A stretch of 9,936 bases of DNA, taken from NCBI RefSeq assembly GCF_006345805.1, contig NW_021827726.1, positions 1-9,936 on the forward strand, in the 5' to 3' direction. Below the pieces are notes generated by a model, which made no database searches, was not told where the DNA came from, and was given only the letters and a program-made list of their open reading frames with translations. The position numbers and the translations under genes are program-made. This DNA comes from Octopus sinensis (lineage: Eukaryota). This document shows positions 8,461 to 9,936 of this stretch, piece after piece. Each line of letters begins with the position of its first letter. The first letter of the stretch is position 1.

Positions 8461-8545
8461 ATATCTATATACATATCTATATATACAATATGTATATACA
8501 TTTACACACACACACAACACACACACACACACACACACACACACC

Positions 8546-8584
<39 letters not shown>
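8461..8584. repeat. Compound (TA)n/(AC)n/(TA)n microsatellite
   Basis: Directly visible. Confidence 0.95.
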
Positions 8585-8585
<1 letters not shown>

Positions 8586-8668
8586 AGGATGAAAACAGTT
8601 TGATTCAAATCCGTTGGTATTTCGAGTTTCAAGTGTGATGCTAATATTCTGCCATTTTGAATTTGTAT

Positions 8669-8670
<2 letters not shown>

Positions 8671-8702
<32 letters not shown>

Positions 8703-8713
8703 TATATATATAT
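8671..8713. repeat. (TA)n microsatellite
   Basis: Directly visible. Confidence 0.95.
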
Positions 8714-9270
8714 ATTTGAAAGTCTATGAGAATTACAGTTTTTGAAGTGTACAGGTCATTTGTCATTTTATTTAAATATATTTTTTTAAATGTGATGTAC
8801 GCAGATGTTACTAACCTTTTGGGAGGGAAATTTTTTTTTCTAGTATGTGAGCGCTTTCATTTAACCTTTTTAAACGCACACACATATTTATAATGCGGTA
8901 AGTTTTATTTGAGTATGGTGTTGACCAGCATTCAAATAGTACTCGGCGGTGTGGATGATGATGGCTCGGCAAGTAACCCTTATGTATAGGTATCGATTCA
9001 CGAATAGAATATAGGGGCATTAATTATTTACCCTGTTGCAGTTGGACGTTATCTTTCCTGTGTTGTACAAGTATCGGCTGGAGTATTTTGATCAACATTT
9101 CATCAATGATATCCGCATCTAGAAAACGAGAACATTCTGCAGATAACTAGAAACAGCGAAATACACGCTATACTCCAACCTCCGCAAAAATATGAACTCA
9201 CAAGACCACACACATCAAGGACACAGAAGAGTACTGCGGGATGCAGAAGAAACTCGCAAGAAACTAAGAA

Positions 9271-9343
9271 ATAACAACAACAACAACAAAGCGATAACAA
9301 CGCAACGACGTCAACAACAACAACAACAAAAATAATAAGAACA
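9271..9343. repeat. Degenerate (AAC)n/(AAT)n trinucleotide tract
   Basis: Directly visible. Confidence 0.85.
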
Positions 9344-9936
9344 ACAAGAAAAATAATGACGGGATCTAGGATGCATCACCCAAAATCTGACATAGAAAGG
9401 CTATATATACAACCTATAGAAGGTGGTAAGGCCTTATACAGCTGGAAAACTATTATAAAATAACCACCATAGGACTTCCTTCAGAAGCAACGAAAACTAA
9501 TACAAATTGCCACAAAACACGAGCAAAACAAAAAAAACTGTTCTCTGTATTTAAGGAGGCTGACAAATACAAACAAGAAATCATACCAACTAACAAATAT
9601 TGAAGAAGAAGAAGAAGAAAGAAGAAAAGAATAGAAGAAGAAGAAGAAGAAGAAGAAGAATAAGAAGAAGAAGAAGAAACAAGAAGAAGAAGAAGAAGAA
9701 GAGAAGAGAAGAAGACGAGAAGAGAAGAAGAAGAAGAAGAAGAAGAAGAGAACAACAACAAAAGCTATAAAACAAAGGAAATCCGAACTAAAACTAGAAC
9801 AGCAACAGACCATGATAAAACGATGCAAGAAAACCCTCTTCGTGGCAAATACTGGACTAAGCTAAATGCAAAAGAAATAGACAAAGAAAAATCCCAGCAA
9901 TGGTTGAGAAGCTCAGGACTCAAAGCAGAGACGGAG
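9344..9936 (+). mobile_element. 5'-truncated R4/Dong-clade non-LTR retrotransposon (post-RT region), continuing past the window end
   Basis: TRKIMTGSRMHHPKSDIERLYIQPIEGG/GLIQLENYYKITTIGL (compare HPKADVxRLYxxRxxGGRGL), KLIQIATKHEQNKK/LFSVFKEADKYKQEIIP, then TTTKAIKQRKSELKLEQQQTMIKR/QENPLRGKYWTKLNAKEIDKEKSQQWLRSSGLKAETE (compare WxxKPLHG...WLxxxxLKxETE). Frameshifted. Confidence 0.85.
9602..9750. repeat. Imperfect (GAA)n microsatellite within the R4/Dong element
   Basis: Directly visible; source of the poly-S/F/L ORFs on the minus strand. Confidence 0.97.

Noticed and set aside
8148-9300. Short ORFs of 63-90 aa
   Set aside because: They derive from SINE antisense, microsatellite or low-complexity sequence; no domain recognised.
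9453-9828. Poly-Ser/Phe/Leu minus-strand ORFs resembling membrane proteins
   Set aside because: Three-frame translations of (TTC)n.

Overview
AT-rich, microsatellite-dense eukaryotic intergenic or intronic DNA. The SINEs resemble repeats I recall from coleoid cephalopods (Octopus-like); this assignment is from memory and unverified. I find no host gene or intact ORF. The window is almost entirely a mosaic of decayed retroelements: three tRNA-derived SINEs (one with a 16-bp target-site duplication), a Ty3/Gypsy gag remnant, two divergent Penelope-like element (PLE) remnants (RT on -, thumb/GIY-YIG on +), an RTE/BovB-type LINE with a C-terminal zinc-finger array, and an R4/Dong-type non-LTR element with a (GAA)n expansion. 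The most interesting signal is a set of minimal type-I hammerhead-ribozyme-like motifs at 42-79 (-), 5402-5434 (+) and 6339-6380 (+). Each uses a different Watson-Crick pair at core positions 3-8 (U-A, A-U, C-G), and all share the PLE-type near-palindromic, almost loopless helix III. All protein and family calls come from manual translation and motif recognition, not database searches.
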